From NCBI GenBank assembly GCA_036172245.1, contig JAYWIR010000006.1, forward strand, positions 1,860,001-1,924,000: 64,000 bases of DNA. Reading direction: 5' to 3'. The notes under the pieces were generated by a model. It saw only the letters and a program-made list of their open reading frames with translations. It was not told the DNA's origin and ran no database searches. Positions 12,877 to 23,765 of the stretch are shown piece by piece (position 1 is the first letter of the stretch; each line of letters opens with the position of its first letter). The position numbers and the translations under genes were made by a program. Source of the DNA: Raillietiella orientalis. Lineage: Eukaryota.

Positions 12877-13554
12877 GTGAGCCGCGCGCGCAGGCGACCA
12901 GACCACCCCTTCGTGAGCTGCGCGACACGGAAGTCCTCGTGGAATGCAGCCTATTCCCTTCCTCTCAGCACCCTCGCGGTCCCTGGAAACCTCGAGCAGA
13001 AGAAGCAAGAAGGCAGGGAAGCTTCCCTTTTTCCTTTCCCTGATAATCCCCACAGCTCGAGGGCTTCCCTTCCCTCCCTCCTCCAGAAGATGAAAGCGAT
13101 AGGCAGGGGAAACGGTCTACCGTCCCTACCGCTGCGAGGTCACCCGGGCGTGTAGCGTTTTCAAACCCTCCGGATCCCACCCTTCCTACTTTGACGTCCC
13201 ATCGCTGTGCCCGTCCTGGCAAAATGTCGTGTGGCAACGTCGCGGAAGGGAAGGGGGAAAGAGGTGCGAGAAAGGAGGATAGGAACGGCGTCCCCATGGC
13301 CCTCGCTCTTCTTTCCTTTTCCCTGTCATTGCGAGGGAGAGACTAAGGGGAACACACTGGATTTTCTCAAGTATCACGGAGCTCGGACTCCGGTCACGGA
13401 CTGCTCCGGGAGAGCACATCCGCCCTTCCGAGACAGGCACGTTGGGGGGGGGGGGGGGGAAGGATCCGCTGGACCGCAGCTACACGCCCGAGGCGGGAAG
13501 TTTCGGGCCCTTCCCCACTTCCTTCCGGGATTCCTCCTACGTTGGACATTGCAG

Positions 13555-13755
13555 GCTCCCCGCCGGGTCGGCTGCAGTGGCTGCGTGGTTCAGAAGTCCT
13601 GCATGTGGTTGTGTACGAGGCTGAGGAAGGGTGGATGGCTAGCGACCTCGTCCTGGCAAACGTCGGCAGAGAGAACGACGGGCAGCGACTGACCTGCCTG
13701 GCTATCAACAACGACAAGGTCGTCCCCAACGACAGCGTGTCCATCGATCTGAACC
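13555..13755 (+). CDS. Sidestep-family receptor, exon encoding second half of Ig2
   Basis: ttgcag|GC...AACC|gtgag; phase 1-1. Encodes SPPGRLQWLRG...RENDGQRLTCLAINNDKVVPNDSVSIDLN, with the Ig core Trp and LTC.A.N. Confidence 0.92.
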
Positions 13756-13998
13756 GTGAGTGCGGCTTTTTATCCGGGAAGGGGGTGAAAGATGAGGGAA
13801 CGGGGAACCGACGGCGAACGCTCCGACCCTCCACCCTGATCGCCTCCCGTCCGGGAGAGGGAGAGGAGGACAGATTTTTAGTCCCCCTTCCTTCCGGGAG
13901 GAAGGCGGAGCGAGCGGTCGCCGTCGTCGCCCTGGGCATCTGGGCTCTTTGCGCGCACGAAGGACGCCGACTCCCGACCGATGGGATCCCGTTTCCAG

Positions 13999-14150
13999 TG
14001 CGACCAGTCTCCGTGCAGATCCTGGGCTACGAACTGCCCCTGAGGGAGAACGTGGAGTATTCCTTCTCTTGTGTGGTGTGCGGCTCCAAACCCAACGCTG
14101 AAGTTTCCTGGACCTTGGACGGGGAGCCTCTTCCCAACTCGGTTGCCAAG
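13999..14150 (+). CDS. Sidestep-family receptor, exon encoding first half of Ig3
   Basis: ttccag|TG...AAG|gtaac; phase 1-0. Encodes RPVSVQILGYELPLRENVEYSFSCVVCGSKPNAEVSWTLDGEPLPNSVAK (Side motif C...GS.P.A...W). Confidence 0.93.
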
Positions 14151-14573
14151 GTAACTTTCGCTTCCCCCGGCCTCCTCCTTTTCCTCCTTCTTCTTCCATT
14201 CGACTTTTGCTCTCTGGATGTCCACTTTCCGCTCCCCTCCTCCTCGCCATCACCACCACTACCCTTGTAGTCATCCGTTCCTCCTCATTCCCACTGTTCC
14301 TCCACTCTCTTTCCCTGGTCCCTTTCTCTCCCTTCCTCCTTCCCTGGACCTTCCCTTCCCTTCCATCCGCAGATGGGTTAGAAGGAAGGATTCGGAGGGA
14401 ACCGTCGTCGTGGCTTCTTTCTCTTCGGGCGCGAGAGTGGTCTTCTCCAGGACGCCGGGAAGTGGAGGGTGACGGGACGAAGGCGAAGGAGGAGGGACAT
14501 TCCCTGCTCCCTCGATCCACTTTTCTTCCTCCTCTCTCAAGCCAAAAGCCTTTTTCTCCCTCATCTGTTCCAG

Positions 14574-14718
14574 ATGGGGAAGGACAACAAGGAAGTGCTG
14601 AGCACCCTCGTTTACAAAGCAAATCCTGAGGACAACAACAGGACGCTGGCCTGCTCGGGATACAATCCGGTCATGAGGGAGACCGTGCTGGCAGACAGCA
14701 GAGTCCTCCGCATACACT
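14574..14718 (+). CDS. Sidestep-family receptor, exon encoding second half of Ig3
   Basis: ttccag|ATG...CACT|gtgag; phase 0-1. Encodes MGKDNKEVLSTLVYKANPEDNNRTLACSGYNPVMRETVLADSRVLRIH (S.L......ED....L.C...NP). Confidence 0.92.
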
Positions 14719-15949
14719 GTGAGTCGAGAGGGAGGGGGGAAGGAGTGAGGCTGGAGACGAAAGGGGTCTCGGCGGATCCAATGTCGGAGAGTGGTTGGTT
14801 TGGTGCCGGTCCCGAAGAGAAGAGACAGAGCCTTCCTCCTCACACGCCGCCACTTTGCGAGAGGAGGGGGTCCTCAGAAGGCAACCGCTGCGGCGATGCG
14901 CTCCCTTGTGCCTTTGTCAGAACCTAACCAAGAAGGGATCACTTTCTGGGGACAAACGCTTGCGGAGATGGGGGACGGGGGAAGAGAGAAAGACGTCGGA
15001 AACCCTCCTTTGGCGCGGTATGGCGGTGTGATTCCCACGGGGTTCAGCACACAGAGTGAATCTCGGGTGCTCAGAGGCGGGTCGACATCAAAGAGGAGCG
15101 GCCAGTGGACTCGTCTCCTCCTCTCCCCCCCTATTGGTCGCTGTCTTCGCTGCTCCTGCTCCTCACTGGATCCATGTTGCGCCTCCCGTTGGTTTTTATT
15201 CGGATTTCCCCAAGAGATGCGATCTGCGTCAGTAGAGAATCTCCACTAAAAATCCCGGAGCCATGGAAGGTGCGCCTGACGGTAGGTGGCAGCAGCCGCT
15301 TTTCCGGCGGGCCCCCCTCGGAACGGAGCGCGCACATTTTCGTCACGGCGACGGACCCATACGCAGGCCTGGAAGAATCCTTCAAGGAGGAAACGCAGGA
15401 AGGAAGGTCCTTCGGCTGCAGGGAAGCCACCCATTGCCTCAGCGAGCGTCTAAGGAAGGATCAGGAGAGCGCTTCCTTCTATTCTACCTTTCTTTTTTTC
15501 CTGTCTTTCCTTCTCCGCTTTTCCCTTTCCGTTAGATGGACACTCAGCGGACTGCGGTTAGGCAGGACTGGATGCGCTGCCACCATGGGTCCGGAATCCG
15601 CACTTTCCTCCAGCTGGAGTTCCTAAGACTCCGCAGCCAATTCGCTTCCCCTTTCGGGATCAACGAGAGAGCCTGACAGCTGATGGAATGGCCGGAGAGT
15701 CAGTCTGTTCGCGAAACGGAGGAAGCAGATGGGCACGTGCGTGCCCTCAAGCGCCGGGCGGACCCAGGCTCCTGAAGGACGCTGGACAGTCCGAGATGAT
15801 CCCACGGCACGTAGCATGGTCTCGCGGTCCAAATCGCTGTGGACTGCTGACTCGTGGGACCGCGAGTCAGCAGCCCGCAGCGAGTCATTCCATGAGATTC
15901 AAACGTCAGGAAGCTCAGCGAGCCTTCTCTTGTGGAATGTAAACACTGG

Positions 15950-17860
15950 ACTTCTAGCGTCCAGATTTTACAGAACAGGTTCCACAAGGCAGTGGAAGTC
16001 CAAAGGCAGCAGTGGCCTTTGAAGAAGCTTCCATCGTCATGGAGGACAAGATGCTGGAGGCGGTCGTCGAGGCCGCATGAAGAAAGACCTCGATCCGGAA
16101 GGCATCAGTGCCTGAAAAAACAAGCAGGATCACAGTGGAGCAAGAGATGGCTAGCGATGACGCCGGTATGTCGCTCTTCGAGACTAAATCTCGGGAACTC
16201 GGAAGCAGTAGCAATGCATGAGGAAGTTGCAGCATCACGGAATGAATGCAAGGAGACATGCCACGGACAGCATCGAAAGAAGATGGCTGCCGCTGCGGTC
16301 GCCAACGACGCTGCACCAGGAGATGCCGGGGATGGTGAAAAAAGCTGAGTGAAGGCAAGCTGGATCTTGCAGGCAGGAAATCAGCGGTCCCTCAATAAGA
16401 TGCAACTTTCCGAGTGGAGAAAGAAGATAAACGGGCATCCTCCTGTCGCAGAAGGAGGATCCTGAGAGTTTGAGACAGACAACTGAGGCAGGGGTACCTG
16501 CACTTGGACACCTGGCATTCTGGAATCCTCCAAGAAGGGGCTGCTTTGGCGCTGTTCATCTATGCCTCCGGGCTTCTCAACGGGTAGCGGATTCACGGGT
16601 TGACAACGGCAGCAAAGTCCAGCCGCGGGATGCTTTCAATTGGCTACCTGGGAGAAGTTGAGGAGACGAACCTGCAATCAGGATATCAGTGGACTAAGCC
16701 AACAATGGCTGACAGTGCAAACCTATGGATACAGCGTCAGGGAGATGCGCTACGGTGTGAATAGGCGGAGTGGAGTGAGATATTGATCGGTGAGTTGGCT
16801 AGGGTCATTCCGGGGAGTCCTCCAGCGAAGAACAGGAAGATGAATCCCATGATTCAGAATAAGAGAATGTCATGGAAAACTGCCGGTCCGGATAGTGTGG
16901 CCGGTCATCTGAGGATTCCCATGCCCGTTAGGATGCTGGTGATTATGGTGGCTGAGGTAGAGCAGGCTCGTGTATCGACGTCCAACCCTACGGCGAATAT
17001 GGGATGGACTTCTACTGCGAATCCTAGTGGACTGATGGAAACCGAGGCGTAGGTCATGCCCAGTGTTCCTTGCCGAAAAGAATGACATGTGACTGAAACC
17101 ATCCTCTTCTTTTGCCTTTTATCTGAATTTCGACCGATGGTTCCCTCTTCTCTGGAGCTCCCTGAGCTTACCAACACCGCAAGCGCGCTCGCCGGGGCTA
17201 CCCACCGGTCGGCAAAGAGGAGAGGCGATTTTCCGGTATCGGGTCTCCTCTCTTCGTTGCAATCTTTCCAGCGTTTTCTCTGAGTTCCTACGTGAGCAGA
17301 CGAGCAGCATTGAGTGGGACGAGTCGACTCTCTTTTTCCAGCATCGCGTCATGGCCATCTGTAGTAGTTTTCCACGGCTGGTTGGTCTTGACGCAGCTGG
17401 CCCCTATTTTCCCTGAGTCACCCATTGCGGGGAGGCAGAACTCTGCCACTAGGCGGTTTGAATTATGCATTGGTGGCCGTTTCCATATCAAGCGTTTCCT
17501 GCGACTGCTCCATCCGCACCTCCTCTAGCCTCTTGCAGGAGCCTCTCTTCAGGTCAGCAAATTCATGGGAGAAGCTCGAGGCAGGTCATCATGGATGATC
17601 CCTGTCATGAAGGAGATGTCTCAATGCACTTGACGCGTCCTTCGGTTAGAGACAGGCAGGCTTCTGGCTGCTAAAGCAATGGAGTGTCCCTGTTCGGACG
17701 TCGGCACGAAAGACCGGAGAAGATGGAAGTGGCAGATTTGTCCGGTTGGCATCCTCGAGCCGCTCTCCAGGATGCTCGAGCTCGGAATTTTCGGTTTCCT
17801 GAGAAGGTGCTGAGCTCTCGGGATTGCGTCTCGCTTGAAGAGCGGCAGCTCTCCCACCTA
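15950..17860 (-). mobile_element. Decayed LTR-retrotransposon (Ty3/Gypsy-like) gag-protease-RT remnant inside the 7.7-kb intron
   Basis: Motif remnants lie in gag-PR-RT order on the minus strand across frameshifts: QLRQDQPAVENYY (gag-like), VTCHS-GKE-HWA (zinc knuckle), DVDTRACSTS (D-T-G protease-like), LHSAFFTIP (RT DL.sAF..IP) and VILLVFSGT (following the YxDD position). No LTRs identified. Confidence 0.5.
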
Positions 17861-20409
17861 TCGCCTTGCGTCTCCATGATCTTTTCCTTTCCCTCCTTTC
17901 CACTTTCCAAGGAACGATCCCTAAAAAAGTACACTTCCGGATCGCTCGCTCTTCCGCTACTGGTGCCCACCAAGTCTCTCGAGGGTGAAGCTCGGGGTCT
18001 CTTTCCCTTCTTGAACGCGGTTGGACGGGGACAGCAGACGCCTTGCCATCTGCATCCCGCATCTGCAGCGCACCGGGAAGAAATCCTCCGCTGTTACATC
18101 GCTCACTCTGCCAGTCAACCCGCGTCTACGTAATCCCGCGTTTTCTCCCTCGCATCGAGGATTTTCATTTCTCGAAGCACCATCCGTTATCTGCATCACA
18201 TCCACGCTCGCGAACGGGGATCCCTGGCTCGTGGCAAATGGGAGCGACCTGATGGGCAACTTCAGTTTGCTTTGACTAATGACTTTCCTCTTAAGGCGCT
18301 GTTTGGCTCGTGTCCACGGTTTCCCGGCCTCTTCGTTGCCAGCCTTCGCCTCACTGACGTGTTCGTGTTTTCACAGGAGTGGTTGATGCCACTACGTCGG
18401 CAGACGTCCGCTTGCTCGATTTCCTCCAAAGAGTCAGCCCAGAACTAATTTAAGATCAACAAGGCAGCGCTTGCGAGAACCTTGAAAGATCATTGACGAG
18501 GAGGAAGGCGGGAGACGGAAAAATCGTTCCCGAACGGTAGCCGTGATCTTGAGGGCTGAGCTCAGCAGGCACGGAAGCAAGCGCAGCTCGTGCAGCAGCG
18601 AAAAGGAAGGCGCTCAGCGACAATCCTGGGTGGTTGGTTCGCACCAGCATGGAAAGAAGAGTGATCACAGGCAAAGCAAAGGCGCGGTCGGGTTGAGTCA
18701 ATGTGGATCGACACGACGCCCTGGAAGAACCGCTCACTGTGCGCTCTTCGCGACTCCAGCCAATGAGCACTTGAAGCTTCCGTGCAAACGAAAGACCAAT
18801 GGAAAAGGCACGCACCGTCAAACGGGAGGGACAGTCAAGAGGAACCCGTGGCCTCAAAAGAACTGAGTATCGCCATCGCATCGCAGCCCTTGCATCTGAC
18901 TTTGCTCGCACGCCTGTGGAGAAGCCGAAGCCGTGACCCTCGCTGCTGCCACCATCGGTTCCATTAGGCAGTTCTGCCACCTCGAGCGACTCGCCAGGGT
19001 GATGGGAATGTGAACACCACGAATCGGTTCTTTCAGTTGGCGCCCCATTTTCGAATGCTCGTTTCGTCTCCCGGGGTTCGGAGAAACCGTCGAATCTGGA
19101 GCGACCTAGTCGAGGGGAGAGGCTCAGGAGACCGCTGGCGGTTCCGGTGCAGCCAGCGGGAACCGATGCGTTCCTTTCTCACCACACCGTGAACGATCCG
19201 TCGTCGGACCTACGCCGCTGGGTCTTCTCTTCTCGAGACAGCTGGAGAGCTCCGGGAAGCGCGGAGATTCACCGGAGATGCTTCTTGGAGAAGCTGTAGT
19301 CTCCGCTTGATTTGATTTTCCGCTTCCGTGGATCATCTTGCGCAGTCCTCGCTTCTTTGCAGCTTTTTGTATGTGTGTGTGCATGCGTGCGTGCGTGTGT
19401 TTGCGTGTTTCGGCCTTGGCTGTCTGCCTCTTTGCACTCTGCTGCTGTTTTTGAGAAGACGCAACTGGAGCAATCCGAATGACTTCCACCAGCAATCATA
19501 TCTTCCCCAATGCCCCTACAGAACACAAGAAAATGCCGCAGTGCTAATCTGCCCAGCTCCAATAAATTACCTGTACGGTGAAAAATGCGGGCGATAAATA
19601 CGACCTGTTTGTACATGTAGGTTCCCTTAAGTGCCTTTTTGGGTTCCTCCCTTTTTCCCTAAGAAAAGTTCCCATGAAGCGTGACAAGGATTCAGGAGGC
19701 AAATGAAAGACCACCCATGTCACTTCCTCGGAATCAGTTTTGTCGTCATTTTACGGAATTCCCATTCTTTCGAATGATTTACACAAAGACCGCGTGCTGC
19801 TGCATTTCGTCAGTATTCTTGCGCTACCCATCTGGAAGCGTCACCTGTTTCTGCAATGGAACCTTTTCCCCCCTCACTTGATCTGCTCGGTTCGTCTGCG
19901 TGAAGAAAATTCATCTTTCGGAAAAGACGCCACCAAGATGTGCGCGAACACAGAAGAAAAAAAAAAAAATTCCCTGGAAAGTTTCACTCCTCTCCCTCCC
20001 TTGTTCTTCTTTCTCTCTTCCTCTTCTTCCCTTTCCTCCCCTTCTTCTCTTCCTCCTTCCGAAAGCCGGCAGATGTCATCTGCAGGGCCGAAGAAATCGT
20101 GTATGGACTGTCCTGGTTCATGGAGACGCCTTGTTTTCTGGGAAAAAGCAAAAGAGAGGCGACGGCGCCACCGATGGAAGAACGGGAAGGGTGGTGGCTG
20201 CGGGATTTACGACCGCCGCACGCACCGGTCACGCCTTCCGGACGGCGGCGCGTAAGGCACAACCCTCACGGGAAAGCCGAAACGTTCGTCCTTTTGTAAG
20301 GAAGGAGGCGGAGGCACCTACGGCCTGCGGAAGGCTTCCGGCGCGGAACACCTTTCAGTTGCCAGCAGCTCCTGGGCTCCAATAAAACCGGCCATGCACT
20401 GAATCGATG

Positions 20410-21475
20410 CTCTCTCATCTTTACCTGATCTGGACCATTCGACCTACGCGGAATTTAGCCGAGGCACCCGAGCATTTTCTCCAGCCCTCTCTGCCATTTC
20501 GGAGCCGCTGGGTTTTGCCCCTGCGTGTGATACCGAGCGTTGTCCCCCACTACGGAGCGTTTCCGGCGTGCATGCGTGTCCTTCCAGACCGCAGTTTCTG
20601 CGGTTGGCGTATGGACTCACTGGGTCGCATCCCCTTTAGTGGAAGGAGCGATCGTGGTCGGGAATGCTGCTGTCTTGGTTCGCCTCCTCTAGATAGTGTC
20701 CGTGAGTCGTCTGAACTTGACTGGTCTTGTGGCTGCAGTCTCCGCGCGTGACAATTAGCGTTGAGGGTTCAAATCCTTACGTGGAGGATCGATGCCGAGG
20801 AATGGGTGCATCGTCTCCTTCCCTCCCTGCAGGATGGCATTGGTTGGCCTGCAGGCTTCCGCTGCGACGCCGGAGCAAGTCGAAAACCGGATGCCCCGTT
20901 CACTGGCCTGCGGGATTGGAAGTTGATCCCCCGGTGTCCTTCTATGAATAGAGGAGTTTCCGGTTGTGCAAATGGAGCCGTGCCATGGAGCTGATCGATG
21001 CCCCCTCGGGGTGCTGTTTCTCCAGATTTCAGAAGAGAGCCTCTCCCTTCGCGGAGCGACTCTTCAGAGAAATTGGGAAGAGTCTCTTTGGGGTTCTCTT
21101 CTGTGGAGGAAACCAAAAGCGGTTCCCTTGCGGGTTCCTTCCGAAGGAGAAACGAAGAACGGATTTCCAAGGGGTCTTTTCGGAGAAAATAAGGAAGTGG
21201 TTCCCTCCCAATTGTGAAAGGAGCATTCATCTGGAGCCTTCCTGGATTCAAAAGGTGGTCCTCCCGGGTTCTCTCCCTGTATCTTAAAAGAGTGATACGC
21301 ACTCTCGGGCGGCGTGGACAGTGTTGAAAAGCTTCGTGAGCCGTCCCTCCACAAGCAGACGAACGGTTCTTCCGCACTTAGGAAACCAAAGAAAAGAAAA
21401 CTCTTCAGACAGGCAAGACATCTCCTGTCCCCGCGCACGTCCTCGCAAGGACAGTCACGAAACGGAGAATTTCAA
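20410..21475 (+). repeat. Unclassified dispersed non-coding repeat (family R), diverged copy
   Basis: Shares colinear blocks with 42345-43650: B-box-like GGGTTCAAATCC (~20765), CCGGATGCCCC..CTGGC, TCAGAGAAATTGGGAAG..GGGGTTCTCTTC, GGCGTGGACAG..AAAGCTTCGTGAG and an A-rich tract. Confidence 0.8.
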
Positions 21476-22404
21476 ACATGCGCCCCCGCACGTGGAGGGC
21501 TTGAAAGTTGAACCGACCTCGGGATGCGTGGTTTCCGAAAGCACCGAAGTGCTTTCCTCACGGTTCCTTTGTTCCTGCCTTTCCTGTTCAGGAAGATACA
21601 AGAACTCATTCGGAGCTTCCCTGAAGCGCTTCCGCCGAACACGTGGGATACCGCAGGCGCGACCTACTTCCCTGGAAGAGACGCTCGGGGCAGGCAGAAG
21701 GCTCACGAACTCGGCGTGTGCTTTGTCGCAGTGGCGAGGCGGGAGTGGTTGAGCACCAGCTCTTTGCACTCAACCACTGACTCCTTGACCCCTTTGGTCA
21801 TCGTAACTCAACCGTCGCTGCGAATGAACCTTCTGAGAGGTGATAAGTGCTCATTAGCTCGTTAGCCTGGCAACCCTGCATGGCATGGATAGACAGCAGA
21901 GAATTGGTTCCAGGTCGAACGAGGGAAAGGGTCAGTACAACGAGCGGCCTCGAGCGATGCAGGTGGAAGAAAAAGGGGCGGAAGGTATGGTTGGGGTGTG
22001 TCAGGGAGAGCCAGCTCAGTCTCCTGCCTCGGACCGAGCCGAAAACTTCTAACCGCCCTATTTGCGAGCTGCGGATGGGAAAGGGCGACCGCGGAGGACA
22101 AGGAACACCTCCGTCTCGCGTTGATCTCATCGGCAAGAGAGGTCAACTTGAGGGGGAGAGACACTCCTGTGCCTGACAGCAGAGAATGAGCGAGCTCGCT
22201 TCCCGGTTTCCAGGCGGGTGAGCGGAGCTTTCTCTGCGTGCTGGTCGAGCGGAGGACGGTTGGTCCGTGGGAGGGATCGGAAGCCGCGATCACCGCTCCA
22301 GCACGCGTGCCCATCCATGCCGCTGAGGAATCTTCGTGTCGAACACTTTCGCGCTCCTTGCAAGCTCACTGCTTATCGCGATCACGTGGTTTGTGTTCTT
22401 CCAG

Positions 22405-22535
22405 TCAAGCCGATTGTGGTGCTGGCCCTGGGAAGCTCCTTGAACCAGGATGACCTGAAAGAAGGAGACGACATCTACTTCACCTGCATGGTGACTGCAG
22501 TGCCTCAAGCAGACCAGATTTCGTGGTGGAAAGAC
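22405..22535 (+). CDS. Sidestep-family receptor, exon encoding first half of Ig4
   Basis: ttccag|TC...GAC|gtaag; phase 1-0. Encodes KPIVVLALGSSLNQDDLKEGDDIYFTCMVTAVPQADQISWWKD, containing the family hallmark LGS.LN...(I/L)KEGDD(V/I)YF.C. Confidence 0.95.
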
Positions 22536-23374
22536 GTAAGCAACACTTCAGGAAGCTTTCCAAGTGACCTTGCGCGCGTTGACTGAGAACGACCACCCTC
22601 TCTTCCTTGTCCTTCTTTCTGCATGTACGTGATCCCGGCAGCTAAAGAATGAGGGAGCGATCAAATTGTCAGTCTCACTGTGGTGCCCATGTGGTTGTCG
22701 CTCGAAAAGTCCTTCGCGGCATCACAAGCTGGCCATCCTCGTCTGCTTCGCCTTTCCGAATTTCCCCCACCCCTTCCCATCATCCCGCCACCATTTTCCA
22801 CATTTTCCATAGGGGATGCTTCGTGCACTTTCGGGGATGCGGGTGCGGCAGAGTTGAGGCGATCTCAGATGTGCCCGTGGAAGAGGGGCAGAATATGCCT
22901 TCTTGCAGGGGAAGGTGACCTTCACGAAAGCTCTAGGGAAGTTCCGGGCCTCGCTCTTGAGCATCAGGGAGGTTTCCTCGGGAAGAGAGGCTCCCACTGA
23001 GGGAAAAGTCCGAACTCGCCGCGGTCGCAGGAGGAGAGGAAGTCGCCAGTCGGCGGGGAGGAACCGGACAGAGCAGTCCGCCTCTGCCGCTTCCCGGCCG
23101 TCCCAGACGCGAGGAGGGAAGGCTGGCTGCAGCCATCCCTCCTTAGCATCCTGTCTGGACCGGCGGAAGCAGCGATCGTTCGCCCAGGCAGAGGGTCAGA
23201 CCGGAATCTCACCTCTCTCCCAGTTCCTCGTGCAGCCTCTTTGGTTTGAAAATCTGCCTGCAAGGAAAACGGCTCGCGAAGGGATGACCCGGCGGCTGAA
23301 GCACGCTCTGTGACCTCCTATCTACAAAGCACCTCCGAGGAATCTATACGCAGTCACCAGGTCTACTGATCCTG

Positions 23375-23765
23375 ACTTTTCTATTTACACTGAATTTCCA
23401 CTACACTTTCTATATACAGATAGTATCTATGAGCGAATATGGTATACGTATGGTGCACACTGAATCGTGTGTCAATGGTGCTATATACAAATGGCACGTG
23501 TATAGAAAATGGCTCATACATCTTGAAAGGGATATATACGAAAAATATGCGATTGGATACGGTGTACATATGAAACATGCAGTATCACATGCATATAGAA
23601 ATATGGTGTATAAGTAGCGCTCGAGGAACGAGACGGATGAGTGAATATGATGTGTATGCGACGCACGCAGAATGGCACGGATGAAGAAATGTGGCGTGCA
23701 CGTGGCGCTTAAGGAATGGGGCAGATGAACATAGATGGTGCACATTTGGTAGTAAAAAGTCCCAA
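23375..23765. repeat. AT-rich, degenerate short-period repeat tract (ATGG/TATA/CATA units), possibly the interior of a non-autonomous DNA element
   Basis: Abrupt drop in GC with recurring ATGGTGYAYAT and TATAGAAA motifs. The ends are weakly inverted (GACTTTT ... AAAAAGTC). Confidence 0.4.

Noticed and set aside
13444..13459. G16 run upstream of the 13555 acceptor as a G-quadruplex splicing element
   Set aside because: Homopolymer runs are common in this window and their length is unreliable. There is no supporting evidence.
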